Shown: positions 9,883-18,614 of the stretch, one piece after another
Numbering within the stretch: the stretch's first letter is position 1
How the letters are laid out: each line of letters begins with the position of its first letter
Assembly: GCA_039196715.1 (NCBI GenBank)
Contig: JBCCUP010000015.1
Coordinates: forward strand, 4,292 to 68,291
Source of the DNA: Pseudomonadota bacterium
GTDB lineage: Bacteria > Pseudomonadota > Gammaproteobacteria > CALCKW01
Length of the DNA stretch: 64,000 nucleotides
Direction: 5' to 3'
Notes under the pieces: model-generated
Databases searched by the model: none
Seen by the model: the letters and a program-made list of their open reading frames with translations, nothing else
What the model was told of the DNA's origin: nothing
Made by a program: the position numbers and the translations under genes

Positions 9883-10368
9883 TCAGGCGGCGTGGTCGGC
9901 GGGGTCAGCCTGGAGCTGGTTGTAATTCTTCTCGCCGATTCGCTCGAGCAGCTCGAGCTGCGTCTCGAGAAAATCGATGTGGCCTTCCTCGTCCGACAGC
10001 AACTCTTCGAACATCGCCATGGTCACAAAATCGTTCTCGGCCTGGCAGATGGCACGCGACTCGGCGTAAGAGGTGCGCGCCTCGTGCTCGCCCGCCAGAT
10101 CCGCCTCGAGCACTTCTTTCACATTCTCGCCGATGCGCAACGGCGCCACGTGCTGCAGGTTGGGGTGACCTTGCAGGAAGATGATGCGCTCGATGAGCTT
10201 GTCTGCGTGCTGCATCTCCTCAATCGACTCTTCACGTTCCTTGCGGGCGAGGCGGTTCAGACCCCAATCGTCGAGCAAACGGTAGTGGATCCAGTACTGG
10301 TTGATCGCACCGAGCTCGAGGAAGAGTGCCTGGTTGAGTCGCTCGATGACTTTCTCACTGCCTTTCAT
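9883..10368 (-). CDS. bfr: bacterioferritin
   Basis: [30 protein letters not shown]...[15 protein letters not shown] aligns along its full length to Bfr. The start ATG (10366-10368) was verified codon by codon. Confidence 0.9.
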   Translation of the reverse strand: MKGSEKVIERLNQALFLELGAINQYWIHYRLLDDWGLNRLARKEREESIEEMQHADKLIERIIFLQGHPNLQHVAPLRIGENVKEVLEADLAGEHEARTSYAESRAICQAENDFVTMAMFEELLSDEEGHIDFLETQLELLERIGEKNYNQLQADPADHAA

Positions 10369-10461
10369 GATGCGGTTTCCGCCTGTTTTCCGATCGACAT
10401 TAGACCACAACAGAAGCGAAAAGTGCGTGAAGAACGCGTAAAGATTGACAGGCTTGTATAA

Positions 10462-10485
10462 TGGAAATGCGAATCTATATCATTT
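10462..10485. promoter_or_regulatory. Fur-box-like motif GAAATGCGAATCTATATCATTTTC in AT-rich bfr upstream region
   Basis: Shares the AAATGCGAATC core with the site at 9826. It lies in a roughly 200-bp low-GC island (10420-10620). Confidence 0.3.
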
Positions 10486-10638
10486 TCAAATCTTTGTTTT
10501 TACGTGTTTAATTCGAATCCAGTTCTGTTCCATACCGCTCTTCAGTATAGCCAGTTAATGCAAGTCTGGATAATATGGTCTCGTGTGCCGGCGCTCAAAC
10601 GACAACGTTGGCATCACTGCCAAATGCCGCGATCATCG

Positions 10639-10851
10639 TCACATCCCACGCCCGTCCAACGCCATCAGGATATCGGCTTCAAGCGAATCCAGTAACGCCT
10701 TGACGCGGGGGTTGTCGAGGTCAAGCTGTACCCACCCATCCGTACTCAGCAACGCAATCTCGCTGACCTCCAACGCCGTTGCCGTGTGGCGACCGGCCAC
10801 CGCGAAGGTCCCCTGATCGGCCTCGAAACGGTGCAGTCGAAACGGACTCAC
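10639..10851 (-). CDS. hypothetical small protein (70 aa), translationally coupled to CoA-transferase
   Basis: Its GTG start overlaps the CoA-transferase stop (GTGA). I recognise no domain, and GC3 was not evaluated rigorously. Confidence 0.25.
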   Translation of the reverse strand: MSPFRLHRFEADQGTFAVAGRHTATALEVSEIALLSTDGWVQLDLDNPRVKALLDSLEADILMALDGRGM

Positions 10852-11996
10852 GGGGCAATCTCGCCAAGAATCTCTTCGGTGTGCTCACCCAGGTTGGGTG
10901 AGCGGCGGCTGAGGTCCAGCGTCGCGTCGGAAAACTGCAAGGGCGTGCGCACGCCGGGTACCCCCTGCGGCTCGATACGCAAGCCGCGCGACACGATCTG
11001 TGGGTCGACGAAGACATCGGCCAGCGTGTTGATGGGCGCACCCGGCACCACCGCGCGCTCCATCGCCTCAAGCAGCTCGGCCTTGCGCCAGGGCGCAATG
11101 GCGTCGACGAGCAGCGGCACGAGCTGATCCCGGTGCGCAACCCGCGCCGGGTTGGTCGCGTAGGCCGGGTCCAGGGCGAGCTCGGAGCAGCCGAGCAACC
11201 TGCAGAAGCGCTCGAACTGCCCGTCGTTGCCGACCGCGGCAATGATGTGCCCGTCGGCACAGGCAAACACCTGGTAAGGCACGATGTTCGGGTGTGCGTT
11301 GCCGAGCCGATTCGGCGTGACACCGCCAATCAGTTGATTGGACGCCTGGTTGGCCATCACCGCGACGATGCTGTCGTAGAGCGACAGGTCGATGTGCTGA
11401 CCCCGTCCCGTGCGCTGCCGCTCCGCGAGGGCAGCCTGGATGCCGATGACGCCGTAGAGGGCAGTGAAGATGTCGCTGAAGGCCACGCCCATCTTCTGTG
11501 GCAAGCCGTCCGGCTCGCCGGTCACCGACATGATGCCGCCCATGCCCTGCACCAGAAAGTCGTAGCCGGCCCGGCGTGCATAGGGGCCGGTCTGACCGAA
11601 ACCGGTGACGGAGCAGTAGATCACGGCCGGGTGCCGCTCGCGCACGGCGTCGTGGTCGAAGCCGTGCTTCGCAAGCCCACCGACCTTGAAATTTTCGATG
11701 AACACATCGCAGCCGGCAATCAGGCGCTCCAGGGTGCGCTGCCCGTCCTCGGTCTTGAAGTCGAGCACGATCGAGCGCTTGCCACGGTTGCAACAATGGA
11801 AGTAGGCGGCGGTGTTCTCACCCTCAACGTCGATGAAAGGTGGGCCCCATTTGCGCGTGTCGTCACCGGCGGGGCTCTCGACCTTGATCACGTCAGCGCC
11901 GAGGTCAGCCAGGGTCTGGCCGATCCAGGGGCCGGCGAGGATGCGCGCCATCTCGACAACGCGCAAACCCGCGAGCGGCGCACGGGCGTCAGCCAT
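10848..11996 (-). CDS. CaiB/BaiF family (class III) CoA-transferase, glutarate-CoA transferase-like
   Basis: 382 aa. The N-terminal LRVVEMARILAGPWIGQTLADLGADVIKVE is the family signature. It lies immediately downstream of glutaryl-CoA dehydrogenase, as in Pseudomonas gcdH-gcdG. Confidence 0.8.
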   Translation of the reverse strand: MADARAPLAGLRVVEMARILAGPWIGQTLADLGADVIKVESPAGDDTRKWGPPFIDVEGENTAAYFHCCNRGKRSIVLDFKTEDGQRTLERLIAGCDVFIENFKVGGLAKHGFDHDAVRERHPAVIYCSVTGFGQTGPYARRAGYDFLVQGMGGIMSVTGEPDGLPQKMGVAFSDIFTALYGVIGIQAALAERQRTGRGQHIDLSLYDSIVAVMANQASNQLIGGVTPNRLGNAHPNIVPYQVFACADGHIIAAVGNDGQFERFCRLLGCSELALDPAYATNPARVAHRDQLVPLLVDAIAPWRKAELLEAMERAVVPGAPINTLADVFVDPQIVSRGLRIEPQGVPGVRTPLQFSDATLDLSRRSPNLGEHTEEILGEIAP

Positions 11997-13246
11997 CAGA
12001 AAAACGCCTGCAAGCCGGTCTGTGCACGCCCGAGGATCAACGCGTGCACGTCGTGCGTGCCCTCGTAGGTGTTGACGGTCTCGAGGTTCATCATGTGTCG
12101 GATCACCTGGAATTCCTCACTGATGCCGTTGCCACCGTGCATGTCCCTGGCCAGCCGCGCAATGTCGAGCGCCTTGCCGCAGTTGTTCCGCTTGATCAGG
12201 GAAATCATCTCCGGGGCCGCTTCGGCCCGGTCCATGAGCCGCCCGACCTGCAGCGCCGATTGCAGGCCGATGGCAATCTCGGTCTGCATGTCGGCGAGCT
12301 TCTTCTGAAACAGCTGCGTGTTGGCCAGCGGTCGCCCGAATTGCTTTCGGTCGAGGCCGTACTGCCGTGCCGCGTGCCAGCAGGTCTCCGCTGCACCCAT
12401 CGCACCCCACGCGATGCCGTACCGTGCGCGGTTCAGACAGCCGAACGGCCCCTTGAGCCCGGAGACGTGCGGCAGCAGCGCATCCTCGCCGACCTCGACC
12501 TTGTCGAGCACGATCTCACCGGTGACCGACGCCCGCAGGCTGAGCTTGCCGCCAACCTTGGGCGCGCTCAGTCCGGCCATGCCCTTTTCCAACACGAACC
12601 CGCGGATGCGATCCCCGTGTTCCTCCGACTTCGCCCAGACCACGAACACGTCGGCAATCGGGCTGTTGGAAATCCACATCTTACTGCCGCTCAAGCGGTA
12701 ACCACCGTCGATCTTCTCGGCGCGCGTCTTCATGCTACCGGGGTCCGAACCCGCGTCAGACTCGGTCAGGCCGAAACACCCGATCCACTCGCCGCTGGCG
12801 AGTTTGGGCAGGTACCGCACCCGCTGCGCCTCGCTGCCGTAGGCGTAGATCGGGTACATGACCAGCGAACTCTGCACCGACATCATCGAGCGGTAGCCGG
12901 AATCCACCCGCTCGACCTCGCGCGCCACCAGGCCGTAGGCGACGTAGCCCGCGCCGATGCCGCCGTAGGCCTCCGGGATCGTTGAGCCGAGCAAGCCGAC
13001 CGATCCCATTTCCGCGAAGATCTCGGGTTCGACCGACTCCTCGCGGAAGGCCGCCGTCACGCGTGTCTGGAGCTTGTCCTGCGCGTAGGCGTTGGCGCTG
13101 TCGCGGATCATGCGCTCTTCGTCGCTGAGCTGGTCGTCGAGCCGCAAGGGGTCGGCCCAGTTGAAACTCGACAGGTCGGGCGCGTCTTTGGCGCTAAGCT
13201 CAGGTCGTTCCACGGTGTCGTCCTCTGTCCGGAAGTCAACGCGCAT
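11996..13246 (-). CDS. gcdH: glutaryl-CoA dehydrogenase
   Basis: Near-colinear with the GcdH I recall from Pseudomonas ([24 protein letters not shown]...[23 protein letters not shown]). Confidence 0.85.
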   Translation of the reverse strand: MRVDFRTEDDTVERPELSAKDAPDLSSFNWADPLRLDDQLSDEERMIRDSANAYAQDKLQTRVTAAFREESVEPEIFAEMGSVGLLGSTIPEAYGGIGAGYVAYGLVAREVERVDSGYRSMMSVQSSLVMYPIYAYGSEAQRVRYLPKLASGEWIGCFGLTESDAGSDPGSMKTRAEKIDGGYRLSGSKMWISNSPIADVFVVWAKSEEHGDRIRGFVLEKGMAGLSAPKVGGKLSLRASVTGEIVLDKVEVGEDALLPHVSGLKGPFGCLNRARYGIAWGAMGAAETCWHAARQYGLDRKQFGRPLANTQLFQKKLADMQTEIAIGLQSALQVGRLMDRAEAAPEMISLIKRNNCGKALDIARLARDMHGGNGISEEFQVIRHMMNLETVNTYEGTHDVHALILGRAQTGLQAFF

Positions 13247-13313
13247 GATAGGCCAGCAGACCGCCGATTGACGCGATAAACTGGCACTATGTCATGCCGT
13301 GATGGAATGAACC

Positions 13314-14219
13314 ATGGCCCTGCCCCGCCGCTACCTGCCACCGCTGCACTGGTTGTCCGCCTTCGAAGCGGCGGCCCGCTGCGGCAGTTTCAGTGCCGCT
13401 GCGCGCGAGTTGGCGCTGACGCAAAGCGCGGTCAGCAAGCAAGTGGCGGCGCTTGAAGGGCGGCTTGAAACCCAGCTGTTCGCACGCGAGCGCCAACGCG
13501 TGCGGCTGACCGCCGCCGGCGACCGCTACGCGCGCGAGGTGCGCACAGCGCTCGAGCAGCTGGCCAGCGCCTCGCTGAATCTGCGCGCCAACCCCGAAGG
13601 CGGTGCGCTGCACCTCGCCGTGCTACCGACCTTCGCTGCGCGCTGGCTCGCTCCACGGTTGTCCAGCTTCGTCACAGAGCACCCCGGTGTCACCCTGAAC
13701 CTCACCACGCGCATCCGCCCTTTCGACGTGAGCGAGGCGCCCTTCGACGCGGCCATCACGGTCGGCGGGGCCACCTGGCCCGGCACCGAGCAACAGGACC
13801 TGATGAGCGAAACCCTGCTGCCCGCCTGCTCACCCGTGCTCAAGCGCACCCACCGATTCGAACAACCGGCCGACCTGTTGCGCGCGCCGCTCATGAACCT
13901 CGAAACCCGGGCGGGGGCCTGGCAACGCTGGCTCGGCCACCACGGCGTGGTGGCCGAGGCCAACGAGCTTCTGGTGTTCGACCAATTCGCGACGGCAGCG
14001 CAGGCCGCCATCTCGAGCCTCGGCACCGCACTGCTGCCGCAGTTCCTGATCCAGGGCGAGCTCGACGCCGGCTTGTTGGTGCCCGCACTGCCCCTGCCGA
14101 TCACCAGCGAATCGGGCTACCATCTGGTCTGGCCAGCGTCGCGCCGCGACTACCCTCCGCTCGCAGCCTTTCGCGCCTGGCTCACCCCGCTGGCCACCGC
14201 TGAGACCGACCCCGCATGA
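13314..14219 (+). CDS. LysR-family transcriptional regulator (GcdR-like), divergent from gcdH
   Basis: N-terminal HTH LHWLSAFEAAARCGSFSAAARELALTQSAVSKQV and a LysR substrate-binding domain. The arrangement is divergent like gcdR-gcdHG. Confidence 0.8.
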   Translation: MALPRRYLPPLHWLSAFEAAARCGSFSAAARELALTQSAVSKQVAALEGRLETQLFARERQRVRLTAAGDRYAREVRTALEQLASASLNLRANPEGGALHLAVLPTFAARWLAPRLSSFVTEHPGVTLNLTTRIRPFDVSEAPFDAAITVGGATWPGTEQQDLMSETLLPACSPVLKRTHRFEQPADLLRAPLMNLETRAGAWQRWLGHHGVVAEANELLVFDQFATAAQAAISSLGTALLPQFLIQGELDAGLLVPALPLPITSESGYHLVWPASRRDYPPLAAFRAWLTPLATAETDPA

Positions 14220-15637
14220 CGAGCTCGAGTTCACTCCCCGACGCTGCGTTGACGGCGCTGCGGGCGGCCCTGGGCGAAGACGCAGTGAAACCCACCCCCG
14301 CGCCGTGCTTGCAGGAACCCCGCGACCTCTTCACCGGCCACAGCCCCTGGCTCGCCGAACCGCGCACCACAGCGCAGGTGGTCAAGGCCCTGCAAGTGTG
14401 CTCGGCTCACCGCATCCCCGTGATTCCCTACGGCGGTGGCACCGGGCTGGTCGGCGGGCAAACCGACACGGCCGTGCGCGCGTCGCTGCTGCTGAGCACC
14501 GCGCGCCTGAACGACATCCGCCGCATCGATGCCCTTGATGCGGTACTGGTGTGCGGTGCAGGCCTGACCCTACACGACGTGCAGCAACGCGCCGCTGACC
14601 ACGGGATGCTGTTTCCCCTGTCACTGGCGTCCGAGGGCAGCTGCACCGTCGGCGGCAACCTTGCAACCAACGCCGGTGGCGTCAACGTGCTGCGCTACGG
14701 CAACGCCCGAGCCCTGTGTCTCGGCGTCGAGGCCGTGTTGGCCGATGGCACCGTCGTAAGCGACCTCGGTGGATTGAGAAAAGACAACACCGGCTACGCC
14801 CTGAGCCAACTTCTGATTGGCAGCGAGGGCACCCTCGGTGTTATCACCGCGGCGGCGCTCCGGCTGTTTCCGCAACCGCATGAGCGCGTCGCCACCCTCG
14901 CGGCCGTGCCACACCCACGGGCCGCGCTGGCGTTGCTCGACCGTTTGCAACAGGCACTCGGCGAGCGCGTTACCGCGTTCGAACTGATTTCGCACCAAGG
15001 CATCGCATTCCTCGCCGAATCCGGCATCGCGCACCGCATGCCGCTCACCGAAGAGAGCCCCTGGTACGTCCTGACCGAAGTCGCCAGCGGGCCCGACCCC
15101 GCACTCGGCGACACGGTGGCCAACCTGCTGGCCGACGCCGCCTCGGCCGAGCTGGTCGACGACGCCATTATCGCCAGCAACGAGGCGCAGCGGCAGGCGC
15201 TGTGGCACCTGCGTGAATCGATTCCCGAGGCCAATCGGCTGGTGGGGTCGGTTGCAAGCTTTGACATCTCGGTGCCGATCAGCGCCATCCCGGATTTCAT
15301 CGACCACGCCCAGCGCGCGCTGGGCGCGCTCGACAGCCGGTTGCGCATCAATTGCTTCGGCCACGTGGGCGATGGCAACCTGCACTTCAACAGCTTCCCA
15401 CCAACCGGCGCCAGCAAAGCCGATTTCCGGGATGTGGCAGGCGAGGTCAAACGCATCGTGTACGACCTGGTGGACACACACGGCGGTTCGTTCAGCGCCG
15501 AACACGGCGTCGGTCGTCAGAAAACCGGACAACTGGCGCAGTACGGCGACCCGGGCAAACTGGCTGCCATGCGCGCCATCAAGCAGGCGCTGGACCCCCA
15601 CAACCTCTTGAACCCGGGCGCCGTCCTGCCGGACTGA
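14216..15637 (+). CDS. FAD-linked oxidase, GlcD/D-lactate(2-hydroxyacid) dehydrogenase family
   Basis: FAD-binding PCMH domain (VIPYGGGTGLVGG) and a C-terminal oxidase domain. The start ATG overlaps the regulator stop (ATGA). Confidence 0.8.
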   Translation: MTSSSSLPDAALTALRAALGEDAVKPTPAPCLQEPRDLFTGHSPWLAEPRTTAQVVKALQVCSAHRIPVIPYGGGTGLVGGQTDTAVRASLLLSTARLNDIRRIDALDAVLVCGAGLTLHDVQQRAADHGMLFPLSLASEGSCTVGGNLATNAGGVNVLRYGNARALCLGVEAVLADGTVVSDLGGLRKDNTGYALSQLLIGSEGTLGVITAAALRLFPQPHERVATLAAVPHPRAALALLDRLQQALGERVTAFELISHQGIAFLAESGIAHRMPLTEESPWYVLTEVASGPDPALGDTVANLLADAASAELVDDAIIASNEAQRQALWHLRESIPEANRLVGSVASFDISVPISAIPDFIDHAQRALGALDSRLRINCFGHVGDGNLHFNSFPPTGASKADFRDVAGEVKRIVYDLVDTHGGSFSAEHGVGRQKTGQLAQYGDPGKLAAMRAIKQALDPHNLLNPGAVLPD

Positions 15638-15646
15638 GCACCCCGC

Positions 15647-15671
15647 CGCGGCACTCCGACCCCGTGCCGCG
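15647..15671 (+). terminator. GC-rich hairpin downstream of FAD oxidase (CGCGGCAC-N9-GTGCCGCG)
   Basis: Perfect 8-bp stem 10 nt after the stop. There is no T-tract, so it is weak as an intrinsic terminator. Confidence 0.25.
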
Positions 15672-15760
15672 TGGCAGCCGATTCGGCCAGACACGGCTGA
15701 GGGGGCTGTGCGCGAAACTTGCACCCGAGTGGAGACCGTCGTGAACACGAGGTCTGCCGC

Positions 15761-16033
15761 ATGCACATGCCGTCCGCCAGCCTGCGCACCCTGCTCCTCA
15801 CAGGTGCGCTGCAAACGATGCTGCTGCATCAGTTGTACGCCGTGCGCGATCCCTTTCTCGAGATCGAGAACCACACACCGGACACCACCGTGACGATCAA
15901 CGGCGATCGTTTCGTGGCACGACAGGACGGACGGCTCGCGGTGCCCTGCTACCGTGGCGAGACCCTGAAGATCCGGTGGGGCGGTCAGGAAACCCACGCC
16001 CTGTGCCGGACACGCTTGTACCTCGGCCTGTGA
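15761..16033 (+). CDS. hypothetical small protein (~90 aa), possible signal peptide
   Basis: The ORF has high GC3. MPSASLRTLLLTGALQTMLL has a hydrophobic N-terminus. No known domain. Confidence 0.3.
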   Translation: MHMPSASLRTLLLTGALQTMLLHQLYAVRDPFLEIENHTPDTTVTINGDRFVARQDGRLAVPCYRGETLKIRWGGQETHALCRTRLYLGL

Positions 16034-16065
16034 GCACGCGACCCGGTTCTGGCAACACGGGCGGA

Positions 16066-17172
16066 CTAGCCGGCGCTTGGTGGAATCACCGGCGTTTCCG
16101 ACACCACATCACCGCACTGCGCCCGGTGGCGCAGCGCGTGGTCCATGAGCACCAGCGCCAGCATCGCCTCGACAATGGGCACGGCGCGAATGCCAACGCA
16201 GGGGTCGTGACGACCGGTCGTGACCACGTCCACCGGCTCGCCCTCCAGATTCACGCTGCGTCCTGGCACCTGGATGCTGGACGTCGGCTTGAAGGCAACC
16301 GACACGCGCACCGGCTGGCCCGAGCTGATGCCGCCCTGGACACCACCGGAGTGATTCGAGAGAAACCCCGTCGGTGAGACCTCATCGCGGTGTTCACTGC
16401 CGCGCTGGCCAACCACATCGAATCCGTCGCCGATCGAGACCGCCTTGGCCGCGTTGATGCTCAACATCGCGTGCGCGATGTCCGCGTCCAATCCGTCGAA
16501 GATCGGCTCGCCCCAGCCCGGTGGCAGCCCGGTCGCCTCGACCTCGACCCGCGCGCCGACGGAATCCTTGAGACGGCGGATCTCGATCAGGTACGCGTCG
16601 AGGTCAGCACACTGCGCGGCGTTCGGCCAGAAAAAGTCGTTGTCTTCAACCGCTGTCCAGTCGAAGGCGTTGGCATGCAACGCAATGCGCCCGATCTGGG
16701 TGATGCAGGCGCGCACCGTCACCCCGTAGCGCTCGCGCAGCCACTTCTTGGCGATCGCACCGGCCGCCACCCGCATCGCGGTCTGGCGGGCCGAGGAGCG
16801 CCCTCCGCCCCGGTAGTCCCGGACCCCGTACTTCTGTTGGTAGGCGTAGTCGGCGTGGTTGGGGCGGAAGCGATCGGCGATCTTGCTGTAGTCCTTGGAA
16901 CGCTGGTCTTCGTTCTCGATGATCAGCCCGATCGGCGTGCCGGTGGTGCGGCCTTCGAAGACACCGGAGACGATGCGAACCGCATCGCTCTCCTTGCGTT
17001 GCGTGACATGGCGTGAGCGACCCGGTTTACGCCGGTCGAGGTCGCCTTGAATGTCTGCCTCGCTGAGCGCCAGCCCGGGCGGGCAACCGTCCAGGATCGC
17101 GCCAATGTTGGGGCCGTGGCTCTCGCCCCAGGTGGTCACCGTGAACAACCGGCCAAACGCATTTCCACTCAT
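16066..17172 (-). CDS. aroC: chorismate synthase
   Basis: [20 protein letters not shown]...[27 protein letters not shown]. The start is set at the internal ATG at 17172, because the extended ORF runs through the tRNA gene. Confidence 0.9.
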   Translation of the reverse strand: MSGNAFGRLFTVTTWGESHGPNIGAILDGCPPGLALSEADIQGDLDRRKPGRSRHVTQRKESDAVRIVSGVFEGRTTGTPIGLIIENEDQRSKDYSKIADRFRPNHADYAYQQKYGVRDYRGGGRSSARQTAMRVAAGAIAKKWLRERYGVTVRACITQIGRIALHANAFDWTAVEDNDFFWPNAAQCADLDAYLIEIRRLKDSVGARVEVEATGLPPGWGEPIFDGLDADIAHAMLSINAAKAVSIGDGFDVVGQRGSEHRDEVSPTGFLSNHSGGVQGGISSGQPVRVSVAFKPTSSIQVPGRSVNLEGEPVDVVTTGRHDPCVGIRAVPIVEAMLALVLMDHALRHRAQCGDVVSETPVIPPSAG

Positions 17173-17245
17173 GATGCCTTCCACGCCCGAGGCGCACAAA
17201 AAAAGCGACCGATGGCCGCTTGATTGTTTTCGCGATGTTCGAACC

Positions 17246-17322
<77 letters not shown>

Positions 17323-17371
17323 ACCGAGCTCGCCACTATACCGCAGCCCGCACCTGCGCGCGAGAGGTAGA

Positions 17372-17827
17372 TCAGGCCAGCACACCCCGACGGTCGAGCC
17401 GCTGCACGTAGAGCAGTATGGCCACCAGCAGGGTGACCCCCGTGGTGAACGCAATCACGGCGCCGGTCTGGATGAGGTACTGCACGTGGTCTTCGTGCGC
17501 GACCCAACCGTGGGTCGCCTGCCAGTAGATGTCGACCACGCCGACGACGAAGGCAATGCCGAGCAACCGTGCCGCGCGGCGGCGTAACCGGTAGAGGTCG
17601 AACGCAACGGTCAACCACAGCACCGTGTTGGCCGCGATGAGGGTGAGGTGGATGGGGTCGAGCTCGGTGTAGACATCGGCCCCGAACACTTCGTTCGCGA
17701 GGGTCGGTGACCAGCTCAACGCGAGCGCACCCAGCGCAATGCCCTCGGTCAGCAGCAGGTACAGGCAGATCATCCAAACCCCTGCAGGACGGGACCTGAC
17801 CGGGGTACCGCGCTGAGATTGATTCAT
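17372..17827 (-). CDS. hypothetical integral membrane protein (~151 aa, 4 predicted TM)
   Basis: Hydrophobic segments and a GGAG RBS 6 nt upstream of the ATG at 17827. No recognisable family. Confidence 0.45.
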   Translation of the reverse strand: MNQSQRGTPVRSRPAGVWMICLYLLLTEGIALGALALSWSPTLANEVFGADVYTELDPIHLTLIAANTVLWLTVAFDLYRLRRRAARLLGIAFVVGVVDIYWQATHGWVAHEDHVQYLIQTGAVIAFTTGVTLLVAILLYVQRLDRRGVLA

Positions 17828-17962
17828 ACCCTGTCTCCTGGCAACCCGGCCTGCCCTTGGGCGCAACCACGTTGGTCCGACCAGATTAGCAGACACTGAC
17901 CCATATGAGTCAAATCTGTGTAGTGGCCAGCGAAAAATGACTACAAAAACTGACCAGTGCGG

Positions 17963-18325
17963 TCAGGTGTTCAGGATACGGAGGATGTCTTCGAGTTCGG
18001 ACCGGAGCTGGCGGGCCAGCTGGGCCGACTGAGCGTTGTCGTCGCGGACCTCTTCGCTGGTGAGCTGCTGGCGCGCGCCGCCGATGGTGTAGCCCTGGTC
18101 GTAGAGCAGGCTGCGAATCTGGCGGATGAGGATGACGTCGTGACGCTGGTAGTACCGTCGGTTGCCGCGCCGTTTGACCGGACTGAGGCTCGGAAACTCC
18201 TGCTCCCAGTAGCGCAGCACATGGGGTTTGACCGCGCACAGCTCGCTGACTTCACCGATGGTGAAGTAGCGCTTGCCGGGAATCGGCGGAAGTTCGCTTT
18301 CAGTGCTGCTGTTGGCTTCCAGCAT
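17963..18325 (-). CDS. MerR-family transcriptional regulator (conserved downstream of ihfA)
   Basis: [28 protein letters not shown]. Its position after ihfA matches the arrangement in pseudomonads. Confidence 0.8.
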   Translation of the reverse strand: MLEANSSTESELPPIPGKRYFTIGEVSELCAVKPHVLRYWEQEFPSLSPVKRRGNRRYYQRHDVILIRQIRSLLYDQGYTIGGARQQLTSEEVRDDNAQSAQLARQLRSELEDILRILNT

Positions 18326-18605
18326 AGGCTTCTACTCGTGCTTTCAGCTTTTGGCCGGGGCGGAAGGTCACAACGCGGCGCGCGGAAATGGGAATTTCTT
18401 CGCCGGTCTTGGGATTGCGTCCGGGGCGTTGCTTCTTGTCGCGCAGGATGAAATTGCCGAACCCTGACAGCTTGACGTCGCGGCCCTCTTCGAGCGCAAC
18501 ACGCACCATTTCAAAGAACTGCTCGACCAGCTCCTTGGACTCTCGCTTGTTGAGCCCGAGGTCGTCGAACAGGGTTTCGGCGATATCGGCTTTGGTCAAT
18601 GCCAT
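18300..18605 (-). CDS. ihfA: integration host factor alpha subunit
   Basis: [32 protein letters not shown]...[27 protein letters not shown]. Confidence 0.9.
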   Translation of the reverse strand: MALTKADIAETLFDDLGLNKRESKELVEQFFEMVRVALEEGRDVKLSGFGNFILRDKKQRPGRNPKTGEEIPISARRVVTFRPGQKLKARVEAYAGSQQQH

Positions 18606-18614
18606 GTGATCGGT

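Noticed and set aside
10441-10460. TTGACA-ggcttg-TATAAT promoter-like string on the plus strand
   Set aside because: The spacer between the hexamers is only 6 bp, which is incompatible with sigma70. No plus-strand gene follows it.
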